Shown here one piece after another: positions 1 to 12,900 of a DNA stretch of 64,000 nt; the first letter of the stretch is position 1, and each line of letters begins with the position of its first letter. The translations under genes were made by a program, and so were the position numbers. Origin of the DNA: Nymphaea colorata (lineage: Eukaryota); assembly GCF_008831285.2 (NCBI RefSeq), contig NC_045138.2, forward strand, positions 9,362,001-9,426,000, written 5' to 3'. The notes below the pieces were generated by a model. The model was not told the origin of the DNA. It searched no databases and worked only from the letters and a program-made list of their open reading frames with translations.

Positions 1-296
1 AATAGGGGAGAAAAGAAACGGAAAAAAAAGTGGGAAAAAGCTTGAAAGGTGGTTGAGCGAGACCCTTCAGGGCAGCAGGGAAAAGCAGAGAGAGAGGGAA
101 CCTTCACGGCAGCACCAATCGGGCTGGGCTGGGCCTCGAGCATGATCTCAAGCCCGAGACCCGATACTTCATTGGCCCGGCCCGGCCCGGTTAAAAACGG
201 GCCGGGTTTCGGGCTGGCCCGATAGCCTTAATGGGCTTAACTTTTGTCACTTTTTTCGAGTCGGGCCGGCCCAGTCCGGCCCGATGCCCACCCCTA
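1..296. mobile_element. Terminal portion of a putative hAT-type non-autonomous DNA transposon (GC-rich subterminal GGCCC/GGGCC repeats ending in a TIR-like sequence)
   Basis: Dense GGCCCG/CGGGCC motifs at 120-285 end in GATGCCCACCCCTA at 283-296, which is TAGGGGTGGGCATC on the - strand and resembles plant hAT TAGGGxTG termini. The other end is outside the window. Confidence 0.55.
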
Positions 297-379
297 GTCC
301 TGCATTGATGAAATGGAAAGAACCATTTGTTGAATTTAGAACAAGGGCAAGAGTAACCTTGTTTTGATGCCCAGCCCTA

Positions 380-3300
380 GTTCAATAAAATGGTGCTTGA
401 GTTCAGTGTGTTTTGTCCTTCCATGCAGTACAAGATTCTTTGCCATAGAAATAGTAGCCTTGTTGTAACAAAAAAAATTAATTAATTGAGTCGGTTGAAT
501 TTGCATATCTTCAAGGATGCACCTCATTCAAATAGCTTGACAAGTTTCAGCAATTGCACATATTATGCTTCAAAAGGTGAAAGTGTTACAAAATTTTACT
601 TTTTTGAACTCCATGACACTGCATCATATCCAAGAGTGAAGGCATACTTGCTCATACTTTTTCTGTCATCCATTGTACCTGCCCAATCACTATCAGAAAA
701 ATCATACAATTTAAAACTAGTGACTGGTTTAAACCCAATCACTATCAGAAAAATCATACAATTTAAAACTAGTGACTGGTTTAAACCAGATGCCAAAATT
801 TAAGGTTCCTCGAATATAGTGCATTATTATTCCTATAGCTCCAAGATGATAAACAGTTGGATTATGCATAAATCTAGAAACTAATCAAACTGCAAACATA
901 ATGTCAGGTCATGTATGAGTTAGATATATTAACGCACCCACAATGCTCCAAAAATATGACTCATTTGCTTTGGTTGTTCCATCATCAATTTTAAGATTCT
1001 CTCTTGCATTCATTGGAGTATAACTGCTCTAACACTTATCCAAGTTAATTTTTTTCAACAAACCTGCTACATATTTTTCTTGAGAAGTAAATATCTCATC
1101 AATAGTCTACCTCATCTAAAGACTCAAAAATTAGTGCAACGTTCCCAAATCTGACATCTCAAACTCCTTCATCATTTTTAACTTAAACTAATCACACAAT
1201 TTATTTGAAGAGCCAGTATAAATAATATCATCAACATATACGCAGACATACAAAAACTCAATAATTTTCAATTTTATATATAATGTGGGCTCATTTTCAC
1301 TTTGACGAAAACCATTTTGATGGAAATATGAGTCTAACTAACTATACCAAGTTTGATGTGCGTGTTTCAAGCTACACATGGCTTTCTTTAATCTATACAT
1401 TTTCTTTTCTTGACCATCAACGACATAACCTTGAGGTTGATCAACATAAACTACTTTATCTAAGTATCCATTTCAAAAAGCTGATTTAACATCAAGTTGA
1501 AAAACTGGCCTTCCCTTTTGTGCAACCACTACAAGAATCAATCTAATAGTTTCAAATCTAGCCATAGGAGAATATGTTTCAAAAAAATCAACTCCATATT
1601 TTTGAACATATCCTTTGGCTACCAACCTAGATCTATATTTTTTAACATTCTCAGTCTCGTCATATTTTATTTTAAAAACCCATTTTAAATTAATTTGAGT
1701 TTTTTTAGGTGGTAAATATATTAATTCCCATATATCATTTTTCTCAATAACATGCAATTCTTCTTCCAAGGATTTTTCCACTCATCATTTTCACAAGTTC
1801 CTTCATAACTCAATGGTTCGACCACCACAAGTGCAAAAATGCACATTTATAGATATCTTTTAGAGAGTGTACCTTTCTTGATTATGTTTCTTCATCACTT
1901 GATTCTTCACCATCATTATTTGGGGGACGTGTGGAGCTAGATTGGAGATGTTCCTCTTTACTTTGACCAAATGCACTATGGTCGAACACCAACTGCTTGG
2001 CATCATTTTTGCTCCATTCTCAATCATTACTTTCATCAAAAACTATGCCACGAGGATGATTAACTTCTTTAAAATAGGATTATATAAGCGATAACCTTTA
2101 GATTTATCAATATGGCCAACAAAAATGCATTTGTTGCTCTTTTTGTCTAGCTTATAGTGTTCACTTGCATCAATCAAAGCATAGGTAATGCAACCAAAGA
2201 TTACATTGAGCTTTCTCCTATTCCATGCCTCATATGGGGTTTTGTTTCAAACTGCCTTTGTTGGTAAGATATTCAACAAATAAATTGAGGTAGCTACAAC
2301 TTCTTCCCAAAAATTCAAAAGATGATGCTTGGCTTTTAATATGCTATGAGATATTCCCATAATTGTTTTATTCTTCCTTTCAGCTACTCCATTTTATTGA
2401 AGAGTCTTTATAATCATCAACTGCCTGTGAACGGTTCTCCACTTTCTCCAGTTTCTGCAACCAACCAAATAACCATTTGTCACTCCGATTATCTTACTTC
2501 ATCCATCCACCCTTGGGTATCTTTACCATAGTCAAATCCCATTTTGCTTAAAAAAATATTGAAATCATCAAAACAAATTCTTCCCCTCTATCACTATGTA
2601 AGATTTTGGTAGTGTGATCACTTTGTTTTTCAATAAGCGCTTTGAACTCTTTGAATTTTTCATTAGCTTCAGATTTGTGGGAAAGAAAATAAACTCAACT
2701 CATACGAGAAAGTCATCAATGAATAACGAAAAATATCTATTATTATTCATTGATGGCGTTCTCATTAGCCCACATAAATCAACATGAACTAATTCCAATT
2801 ATTAACGAGCTCTTCAAGCTTTGCCAACTGGAAATGACAACTGATGTTGCTTCCCATACACACAACCTTCACAGGTTCTATTAGGTGGCACAATAAAAGG
2901 CAATCCTAAAACCAATTTTTTCTGTCTAAGTAATTTCAGCCCATTAAAATGCAAATGTCTATACCTCAAATGCCAAAAAGTTGATGTATCATCAACCTTA
3001 GCAGTTAAAGCATGATGATCAAAACAAGAAGTTCAAGAAGAAACATACGATTTTGTGTCATACTAACTTTAGCAATCAGTTTTTTAGTCTTCCTTATCTC
3101 ATATGCAGCATCTTTGAAAATAACTCCACAACTACTTTATATAAGTTGTCCTACACTTAGCAAATTTTGCACTAAGACGGGCACATAATACACATTTTCA
3201 ATGAGCATTCCTTGTCCAGTCAAAAGTTGCTTCAACAGTACCTTTTCCCTTAATCTGAATTTGATGATTGTTACCCATCTAAACATTTAATGTTATTGAC

Positions 3301-4464
3301 TCATCAATATTTTTAAATAAACTTTTCTCACTATTCATGTGGTTATAACAACCGCTGTCCAAAAACCACATGTTGTGGTTCCTAATATTTAAATTTATAC
3401 TAGTGAGAAAAAGTCTACTTTCTTCTTCCACAAAATTTGTTTGTTGCTTGGCTTTTTCAAAGCAATTTGCTTCCAAATGACCAAATTCTTGCAGAAATAG
3501 CATTGGTTACCTCTTGAATTTTCATTGCTCAAATTGTTTCTCACCGTTATTGTACCTTTGATAGTTCAACCTTCCGCAGCTTCTTCCTCGACCATGGTAG
3601 CTGCCTCGATGGCCTCAACGTCCATGGCCTTTCTTTGCATTTTTCTGTTCACTGCAATTAGCCTCCCTATTATCAACTTTTGATGAAAAAGCATGTTCAG
3701 TCATGCTTTTTGTACCCCTGTTTAATCACTGCTCATGTGCCAACAAAGAGCCCATTAATTCATTCAAAGTATAGGAAAAAAGGTCGTTTGATTCTTCTAC
3801 AGCTATAACAACAAGAACAAATCTTGGTGACAAACTTCTATAGCTGTAACACTTTCATAACTACCTTTTGATCGGTAATAGTCTCCCCCTAAATGACCTC
3901 ATTTGGTTAATTATGATAGCAAGCCTAGAAAATAGAGTTTGAACGTACTCACCACCTTTCATAGAGAATGTTTCAAATTCAGTCTGCAGAGTTTGAATCT
4001 TTACTATAGTGATTTTCTTGTCACTTTAGAACTCTTGCTTCAATATAGTCCATGCCTCATTCCATTTGGATGCATTTGCAATCCTTAGAAATATGGCATT
4101 TGACACGGCTTGTTGCAACACCAACAACACCTTAGCATCTTTCTTTCCTTGTTCCCTGACATTGCCTAGTTTTTTACTTTTCATGAAGACTTCGAGGAAT
4201 TTGCTTCTGCATATCCACTCTCAACAAGATCCTATAAATTTTGTGAAATGAAAAAGGTTTGTGGCCATTAAATTAAACTCCAAATAATTCTCCCCATTAA
4301 AAATAGGCACCAAGTACTGCAAAAAATTTAACATAGTAGGATTTGTGGCCATTAGATTACCTTGATTAGCTTCAACTTTATCAATGGAAGCAACTCAACT
4401 TCACTAGACTACTTCTCAATTCCAATGCCATTGATCAAAACCCAACTGCTCTAATACCACAGAT
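380..4464 (-). mobile_element. Degenerate Ty1/Copia LTR retrotransposon internal region (gag-PR-INT-RT-RNaseH) with many stops and frameshifts; 3' end lost
   Basis: On the - strand: PBS TGGTATTAGAGC (4448-4459, tRNA-Met type); gag start PIFNGENY (~4290-4350); zinc-knuckle remnant FGHLEANC and protease WFLDSGCYNHM (ORF 3279-3503); RT KYRSRLVAKGYVQKYGVDFFETYSP...FQLDVKSAF (1473-1781); RNaseH DSDWAG...YAFTLG...SWSSKK (596-796) and HGRTKHTELKHHFI (336-527). The domain order is Copia-type. Confidence 0.95.
682..787. repeat. 52-bp perfect tandem duplication inside the Copia RT/RNaseH region
   Basis: CCCAATCACTATCAGAAAAATCATACAATTTAAAACTAGTGACTGGTTTAAA occurs at 682 and again at 734. Confidence 0.95.
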
Positions 4465-4800
4465 TGTTGGACTTCCTTAGGCACATGAAATTGAATCCCA
4501 CAAGAACAATAACCAAAACAAAAAATGAAGGAGAGAGACACGAGTAATGACTTCGCTTCATTTCCTTGCACTTGCTTTTTCACAATGGGTGTATATATAG
4601 TGTCCCAAGAACCTACATTACAAAGGAATGTAACCACTATCATTATGATTTTTTACTCTCATAAAGATGGCCTATTATTATATTTATCACCACTACATTA
4701 AAATTAAAAAACTCTCCACCAAACGCATGAACCATGAAGGACCATTATTAAAACCGCTATTTTTTTCTTCTTTTTACCATAAAACTAATTAAGAGGTTCC
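4465..4800 (-). mobile_element. Probable 5' LTR of the Copia element (outer boundary approximate)
   Basis: On the - strand the sequence ends ...CCAACA at 4465, 5 nt before the PBS, and a TATATATA box lies at ~4592-4599. The outer end could not be fixed because no partner LTR is present. Confidence 0.5.
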
Positions 4801-5023
4801 TTGCATACTCACTGGAGCATAACATTCGCACGGTTGTTCCTTTCATTACTTTTGAGTGTGGAGCCTCGATCTTCAATATGGCACCATGCATGTAACATGC
4901 TCATGCATTTAATGCCCACCATCATGAAGGCCAAGGCATTGCAGTTTTATGCATTTCGACAATTTTACTGCGCATTTATTATGAGCTTTACTCTCACGGT
5001 TAGCACATACATACACGAGCCTA

Positions 5024-5203
5024 CATGAAAAGTGTTGTTTTTGTACACTAGCAAAATTTTATAGCTGTCATTTTGCTTTCTAATGTGTTGTGCAGCTAAA
5101 TACTCTTTCTTTGCATGAAAAGTGTCTTGTTTTTGTACACTAGCAAAATTTTATAGCTGTCATTTGCTTTCTAATGTATTGTGTAGTTGAATACCCTTTC
5201 TTT
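5024..5203. repeat. ~90-bp imperfect tandem duplication
   Basis: CATGAAAAGTGT...GTACACTAGCAAAATTTTATAGCTGTCATTT...CTTTCTTTG occurs at ~5024 and ~5114. Confidence 0.85.
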
Positions 5204-6321
5204 GATAATTCACAGTACATTGGAGGTCACATACATTGGAAGTGATCGATAGGCCATTGAAGAACGAGAAGATCTAGCATCTTCAAGGGGCTACCACATT
5301 TAGATTTAGGATCTTATTTTCTTTAATTTGTTATTATCAATCGTCATAGTGTAGTTAAGATTTTTTTTTTCTTTTTTGTTTAACTTGTGGTTGTGAAAAC
5401 ATTTGTATATTTTGCAACCAAAAGTCCTTGCAGCACTCTATGTTAAACATTTTTGTAGATTTTTTTTTTTTTTGTAATAGAAGTTATTCTCTCTTGAGTA
5501 TTAGAATTTTTGTTCCCTCTTGATTCTACTATGAATTCTTTAGATTTTGATTATATATATTGATAGTTAAATAGTTGTCCCCAGAGTTCAACCTTGACTC
5601 ACTATTTGTGAAATCCGGTAAATATCACCAGTGTTTCATTTTGTATTGCAACAGGATATTTGACAATACATGTGAAAAGGAATTTGAAATATATTGAAAA
5701 TTATATTTATATCCAAAAACCGCACCAGGACCCCAAGTAAAATATGTGAATGTTATTATCTAAGTGGAACGGTAAACCTTTTAGATGACCATGAAAGATT
5801 GGTAATATAAATAATCCTTTAATAATAGACAAAAAAGGGTAATGCAATACATATTTTACCAAGATACTTGAAATATATTTGATACTTCAATTAAATAAAT
5901 GTCAATATTTTATTCTAAGAGCACCTATAGTATGCTGGATTGAGGGTAAAAGGAAACTATTTGAGTCGAGGGGGATAGTACTAAAGCCAGAAGGAGTAGG
6001 TCTCCCGTAGAGTTCAAAAGTGGCTTTTGGCTCTCTCCAACAAGATTTGAAGGGAAAACCCACCATGCAAGACTTAAGTGGTGGGAAAAGCAACCATTAA
6101 TGTGAGTTAGTCAACATTTAATAGAAGAAATTGTCAAAGTCTAGGCCAATTCATTACAATTATTTGAAGTTGAAATCCTGATGTGGAATCATAGTTCAGA
6201 TCCGAGGTAAACAAACCCCTCATAATTTAACATGTCCAAATCTCAAATGCCTGGAATTCGTGAGGCATCTTCTTCCTTATGGTAAGGGAGACAATTCTAC
6301 CGTGTGTGTATCCAATTACTA

Positions 6322-6470
6322 GTGAACTTTACTAAGTTCAGAGTGAAAAACATAGAGAGAGAGGGAGAGAGAGAGAGCGCTATTTCTTTCTTTATGGCCC
6401 CGTGAACTTTACTAAGTTCGGAGTGAAAAACATAGAGAGAGCGCGCTATTTCTTTCTCTAAAGCCCCGTT
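6322..6470. repeat. ~80-bp tandem duplication with an internal (GA)n of different length
   Basis: GTGAACTTTACTAAGTTC(A/G)GAGTGAAAAACATAGAGAGA...GCGCTATTTCTTTCT...GCCCC occurs at 6322 and 6402. Confidence 0.85.
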
Positions 6471-6769
6471 TGATGCAAAGATTTTACTGTGCATCGGCAG
6501 AAACTTGACGTTTTTATATGGCTTTTCACTTTCAAAACAAATACAAAAAAAATTGCCCTGCTAAAGTAGACAGATCATGGTAATTTTACCCTCCAAAATT
6601 GTATTACTTTTTACCATGTATTTTTTTCCACACTAAATTTACCGTTCTAATTTTTTATCTGCCATAAAACTGAGCCTAAATGTAAAGAGAAAAAAAAAGG
6701 AGAGAGAGAGGGCACCCATTACATTATATGTGCCCCCTGCTCTTTTCCGCTCTTTTTTTTTTTCTCTCT

Positions 6770-7115
6770 CTTTGGAGGTCGTGGCTCATTTCAGCTTGGT
6801 GGCGTATTTGGGAGGAGCGCAACAACAGAGTCTTTAGGGACACCTTCTCTCCGCCAGATTCTGTGGCGCGTCTTGTGCAAGGGGATGTCCAGTTTGCCAT
6901 TCGGTTGAAGCGCCGTTGTCCGTCTGCGACTGGGTGACTGTGCCGCGCCGCCTTTCCTCTCTCTCTTATTTTTCTGTGTATTGTATTGTATATTCTCTCT
7001 TCCTGATTCTGTTTTTGCGGTTTGTTTTTTGCGGATGTACCTAGGAGACCTCTTGTCCCCAAATTTTGTTATATATTCTCATTTTATCGGCTCTCTCTCT
7101 CTCTCTCTCTCTCTC
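6770..7115 (+). mobile_element. 5'-truncated plant LINE (L1-like): ORF2 C-terminus plus 3' UTR, bounded by CT-rich tracts
   Basis: ORF 6728-6937 contains AWWRIWEERNNRVFRD, matching the W-x-I-W-x-E-R-N-x-R-x-F motif at the end of plant LINE ORF2. It is followed by a stop, a T-rich UTR and (CT)n at 7092-7115. Confidence 0.75.
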
Positions 7116-7116
7116 G

Positions 7117-7317
7117 CAGACGAGGAGGAGAGCCGGTCAGGTGTTTACATGTCTATCATTAGTGGACCAATGCAAGCCTCAACTCATTTTTTTTTTAAAT
7201 TATATATAAATTTTGAAAAATTTCATGTACCATATATGAAAATTTTGAAAAATATTATTTTGATCCTTATCAAAAATTTAAAACTATAATTTAATGTAAA
7301 TTATCGCTCCACCCCTG
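7117..7317. mobile_element. Degenerate AT-rich MITE-like element ending GCTCCACCCCTG
   Basis: AT-rich core with a right end GCTCCACCCCTG at ~7306-7317, similar to the GGCTCCGCCCCTG terminus of common plant MITEs. The left TIR is degraded. Confidence 0.4.
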
Positions 7318-8332
7318 AACGCATGGACCCAACGGTTCTGGTTCTTAGTGGATGCAAACTTGTAGCTCCTCGTAGTAGTCAAGACCATCTCATTCTCCTT
7401 CACTGTTGAATCGCCTGGTCGGCTCAATGTCCCAACTCATTGTTGACACGGTCCTAACTTCGGGGCCCCTGTGCCTTATAACTGTTGGCATGCCCTTAGC
7501 CTGGCCTCCGGATGGGTACTCCCCATCAGCGGCCCAGGTGGCCGCCCGCTAGGAGTAACATGTCTACATGGCTCATGAGTTGTTTCTTCTAGTCTACTCG
7601 TCCCCACTTGGTTCTGCATCAAACCATTCCATTGGAAAAGGTTAACTTTTGAAATAATCAAAGCACTTGTGTTTCAACTATTTCAATTTGAGATCCTGAA
7701 TTAAGGACTCTATCTTACAAATTCGTGGATCTCGTTTAAAAATCTTGTCAGGTTGTATTCTACCAAAGCCAGTTCCGATCTTACATCTAGTTGACAGTTA
7801 ATTTGCTTCTTATATATTTCATTAAAAGCTAAACCCACTTGTAAAGTGGTTTGATTCTCTTTTGAGGCGGTAAGTTGGATATCAACCGAACTTGAGATCT
7901 TTAAAGGACGCTAGGCGTAATAAAAGCTACAACGCAAGTTGTCTTCTCGCAGCGATTGAATGCAAAAGTGGGAAGGTGGTGATTGAATTTTAATGCGACG
8001 GTAATGAGCTCGTGGGCGTACAAGCCAATGGTGATGATTTGTCCATAACTCCAAATATTCGTTGAATTTCCAGCCCACGGAAAATGAAGAGGAAGGATGA
8101 AGTCAGCGGGGGGAGGGGAAGGCGGGAGGCTGCCGACGTTCGTTCGGCTGTTCGAGAGCTGTCTCTGCTGGTGGGGCCTCTTCAGATCTTTCCGCGCGAC
8201 TACCCGGGTCTTCAACCTTAAATCCCCGCTTCTTTGCCTTTGCTTTTTCCTTGGCCAGGCTGGTCTCACTCGCCGGCTTCCTTCCTTTTCTCTCTTCTTA
8301 GCTCTCGTCTCATCTCTCAGGAAGAGGGAGGG

Positions 8333-8358
8333 GGAGAGAGAGAGAGAGAGAGAGAGAG
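8333..8358. repeat. (GA)n microsatellite in the putative 5' UTR of LPPD
   Basis: GA run ending 7 nt upstream of the ATG. Confidence 0.9.
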
Positions 8359-8365
8359 TTTGCTA

Positions 8366-9647
8366 ATGGAGGCAATGCCGTGTTGGCAGTTCCTAGTACT
8401 GCCTGCCATTGTCTGTTGGCTCTTCATCTCCACGTCTCTGTCCCTCACCCCCAAGCTCAGATCCCTCATCCAACCTTGGGTAACCCGCCGAGTACATGGC
8501 GACATTCCCATCATCCTTCTAATCCAGGCATCTCTCTCTCTCTCTTCTCTCTCGCGTATATTTTCCCACCTGCTATAAAGGAAGGGGCATCGAAATTCTG
8601 TTAACTTCTTCTTTGGTTGTGATGTTGCAGAGGTACCAGAATGGTTTTCTCGATACTTTCTTCACTGGGCTGTCCTTTATTGTGTCTGTTCCCTTCTACA
8701 CTGCTTTCCTACCTTTGGTCTTCTGGGTATCTACTCTTGTCTCCTGTGTTTGCCCTCCGCCTTCTTTTCTTCTTCCTTTTTCTTTTGCCATTTTCTTGTC
8801 CTCCTCAAGCTGGAGAAGGATCTTCTCCTCCTCAAACAGGTGAACATGATTTCGTCTTCTAATAATTTTTTTGAACTTTCATGTCACGGCAACAGAGTGG
8901 ACATAGCAAATTGGGCAGGCAAATGACCCTTCTGCTGGCTTTCTGCGACTACGTCGGCAATTCTTTGAAGGTACTCATTTTGCCTTAATTTGGTTTACTT
9001 TTGCATGAAAAATGAGAAAGAAATTGTGTTCTTCCTGCCTCGGAGTTATGAAAATCACAAAAAAGCGGCTTGCAGGATTTGGTGTCAGCTCCAAGACCCA
9101 CTTCTCCGGCCATCAGGAAAATTATTTCCACCAAGGATGAGAAAGAGAATGCTTTGGAGTACGGGTTGCCTTCTTCTCATGCTCTCAACACTGTCTGCCT
9201 TTCCGGGTACGCCTGACTTGATAAGTTTCATGGTTATCTCTTCTGAATAGAAGTTCGTGCATTTCCTTTGCAATTGGCTGCCCTATGTTCGCGAAGTGAC
9301 TCTCTGTCCTGCAGTTATATGGCGTACTATGCTCTTTCCGACAACAATGAAGCTGGTGTTTCCTTCAAGCTTTTGGTTGTTCTTCTGGTGCTCGTGTTGG
9401 TTGGGTTGATTGGCGTTGGTATGTCTATGAAATCCTTTATTTAGTTGGGTTGCATCGGCTATGTTCTCCTTCGTTGGACGCTGCTGCGTGATCTAGTTGT
9501 GCTTCTTGCTCTTCACAGGGAGAATTTATCTTGGGATGCACAGCTTGATTGATGTTAGTGGTGGAGTTTTTCTTGGTGTTGCAATACTCGGGCTTTGGCT
9601 TTCCGTCCACGGGGTGCTTGATGCTTTCATTGTGTCAGGACATCATG

Positions 9648-9685
<38 letters not shown>

Positions 9686-9868
9686 AGATGGCTTGGTTAC
9701 ACCCTTTGGTTGTGCCATTTCTGTTTTTGTTGCAGTTGCAGCCTTTTGGAGCGGCCTTGCATTTTTGCTGCTCTTTGCTTATCCAGAGCCCGAGTATCCA
9801 ACACCAAGCTTTGAGTTCCACACAAGTTTTAATGGAGTTGCTTTGGGCATTGTAAGTAACAAACTCAG

Positions 9869-9953
<85 letters not shown>

Positions 9954-12900
9954 ATATGAAAGAGGGTTTGTTCACGAGAAACGGTTGTCAAGATTGAAAG
10001 TATTGCACCAGCACAAACCGCAGCAAGTTTGCAATTTGCCTTATGTGATATGTGCAAGTTCGAGAACCAGCATTCTCAGGAAGCCTGAACTATTTCAAAA
10101 GTTGCTATATCTGATGCAAAGTCTTTTTTCCTCTCGAGGCATTATGATTTAGTGGGCCAAATTTCTAGAGTTAGAAGGGCTGTTTCCAGAATTTCATGGA
10201 TGCTTAGAGAAAGACCTGTAGAGGCAATTTTGGGTCAGTATTATCTACAGATACAGTACTGGTGAAGACATGCTACATGTTTCTTATGAAAGACGATCAA
10301 AATTTTGTCTGTAAATTGAAGAGGTTATCCATTCATTATTACCATAAAAGTTATTGTGCAATCTCTAATGGTTCTCGAATCATATATGTGCAATTATGTG
10401 AATTTCATGTTCCATATGATTAACCCCTTGGCGAAGACTGGAACAGCTGCAGGTGTGGTGATGCAAGAATAGAAGTTCTGGAAAAAATTAGAATTTTACT
10501 GACACAAATCCATGTGGAAGAAATCACTTGTTATGGCACCACAAAGTTATGATGTAGAAGCCAAAAACCTTCAAGGAGAATATGGCGATAAATTAAAGAA
10601 CAGAGAAATCATTCTTTCACATATTGCCACTTATCTTTCTAACAAGCATCCAAGAAAATTAGTACACAGATTTAGCAATAGTAGTAAGGACAAAATGAAT
10701 AGAAAAATATGATTAGTAATGATGGCATCGCAGGATTCTCCTTTTTATATGGACCTTTCAATGCCTTCTGGTTTCCCTCTAATTATTAACCATGGGGACA
10801 GGCTCTCTGGTGGTTGTCTGTCCTGCTTTAAAGTAGTGGTGAACATGATAGCTCTCTGGGGGTTGGCTGTCCTGCTTTTCAGGTAATGGCGAACATGAGA
10901 GCAAATAGGAGGATCATAGTGCAGAGGTTATACATACAAGTCATCTTATAGGAGGATGATATATGGTTACTTTTGAAAATAAGCACGCTAGTCTTCCTCT
11001 CTATTATGTGGACAGGCTAACATCTAATTCAATGATATTGGAAATATCATGATTCATGCCTACAGTGAGGACGCTATTAGAATCTAACTTATGAAACTAT
11101 TTCCTGCCTGCAGTCAAGTGTTAATTTTTTCTTTCCCCTTGTTCTTTGTCTACCAATCTTAGTGGCAGAGAGTCCTCTATTACCCAGATTCCATTCAGTT
11201 TTTCTGATGAAGTACCAGGAACATTGAAAGCAACTGATCAATGCATCCTTCTGAAAATATATGGTTATTATAACATGAAGGAAAACAGGTTTCGATGGTT
11301 GAATTGAAGGAACATAGGTTGTGATAACACTTCAATATCATGATTCATGCCTACAGTGAGGACGCTATTAAAATCTAACTTATGAAACTATTTCCTGCCT
11401 GCAGTCAAGTGCTAATTTTTTCTTGCCCCCTGTTCTCTGTCTACCAATCTTAGTGGCTGAGAGTCCTCTATTACCCAGATTCCATTCAGTTTTTCTGATG
11501 AAGTACCAGGGTCCAGGAACATTGAAGCAACTGATCAATGCATCCTTCTTAAAATATCTGGTTATTATAACTTGAAGGAAAACAGGTTTCGATGGTTGAA
11601 TTGGAGGAACGTAGGTTGTGATATCACTTCAATATCATTTAAGATACTTCTAGGCTACATGGTGAACACTTCAAATATGTCAGCGAATCGAAGAATTAAT
11701 ATATTTTGACCATTCAATTTTCTACTTTTTTTTAGAGAAATAGAGTGGTATTAGGAGATGACGAGATCTGTCAACATAGTTATGAATTGGACTTATGACA
11801 TCGAAGGTGAAGGAGGTCAAGGATGGAGTATCTAGGGTGTGTCTCTTGGCATAAACTGGTAGCGTCTAACTCAAAACTCGCTTATTAAAAAAATAAATAA
11901 ATAAAGCAAAATATCAGATGGAAATATTGGATGCAAACTTCATACTTCATAGTAAAAACTTGTTAAATGTGTTGTCAACTACCATTTTAATAGTCATGAA
12001 ACTCTGTCTGTTATAGATTTATTTTGTTGTAATATATATATATATATAATTTTATATAAAATTGCCAGGGTACTTTTGTTTTCCCCTAAGCTATAAAGAT
12101 AAATTTTCTTCGTTATCAACTTGGAAAGGACATTTGATCCTCAAATTTTGAGAACTATGAGCCAAGCGATTGAACATTGTTAAAGACCTTTTGATTTTCA
12201 AGTTCTGAAAATTAAGAGGGGAAATGTTGGAACTAGTTAGGCTTCACATAGCTGTTTTGAAATTTAAGTTGAAAATTTAAGAGAATACAGGCTGGAATCT
12301 ACAAAGTATCAGATGCCAGGATGATTCCTTTCATTCTATGGGGGTAAGAGCTGTTAGTAAATGGTTTATCATTGAATAGACACATGGGAAAACAATTATG
12401 TTTTACTTTTCTTTTGTTCCATCTCTTCCTCTCCTATGTTTGTATTTGTATTTTGTTTTCCTGTCGGTTTCCTTTGCAGGGCTGTCACTTTTTCATGTTC
12501 AGGGATATGTTTTATTATGTTATTTCTAATTAGTGGGGCATAGTATGGATTCCTGGAATCAAGTTACTACTACTTTTTTTGAATATGATAATAGAAAACT
12601 TTTGCTTCCTTATTTGATGTGGGCTAAAGTTATGCCACTCTCAAAGTTAAAGACTTTTTCATGTTGAGAAAAAAGGGAACCCACTGCTTTTTTCTGAACA
12701 TCTAAAATGGGATATCTTGGAAGGTACTTGGTCTGTATTGGATATCTCTTGTTGTATGCTTTCTCTCTGCTTCTTTGCTTTTTTTGTTTTTTGTTTTTTT
12801 TGTTTGTTGTTTTTTTTTCTCAGGGCATATGTTGACGTTGCTTTGTTCCACTAAGGTCTCAAATGACTGGTATCTAAATATCAGAAAGCGCATTGTCTTC

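Noticed and set aside
7901..8604. Overlapping GC-rich ORFs upstream of and across LPPD exon 1
   Set aside because: They show no recognisable homology and are explained by the GC-rich promoter/UTR and microsatellites. The conserved protein starts at 8366.
8727..8895. U12-type intron (donor GTATCT)
   Set aside because: It lacks the full GTATCCTT donor and a clear TCCTTAAC branch point.
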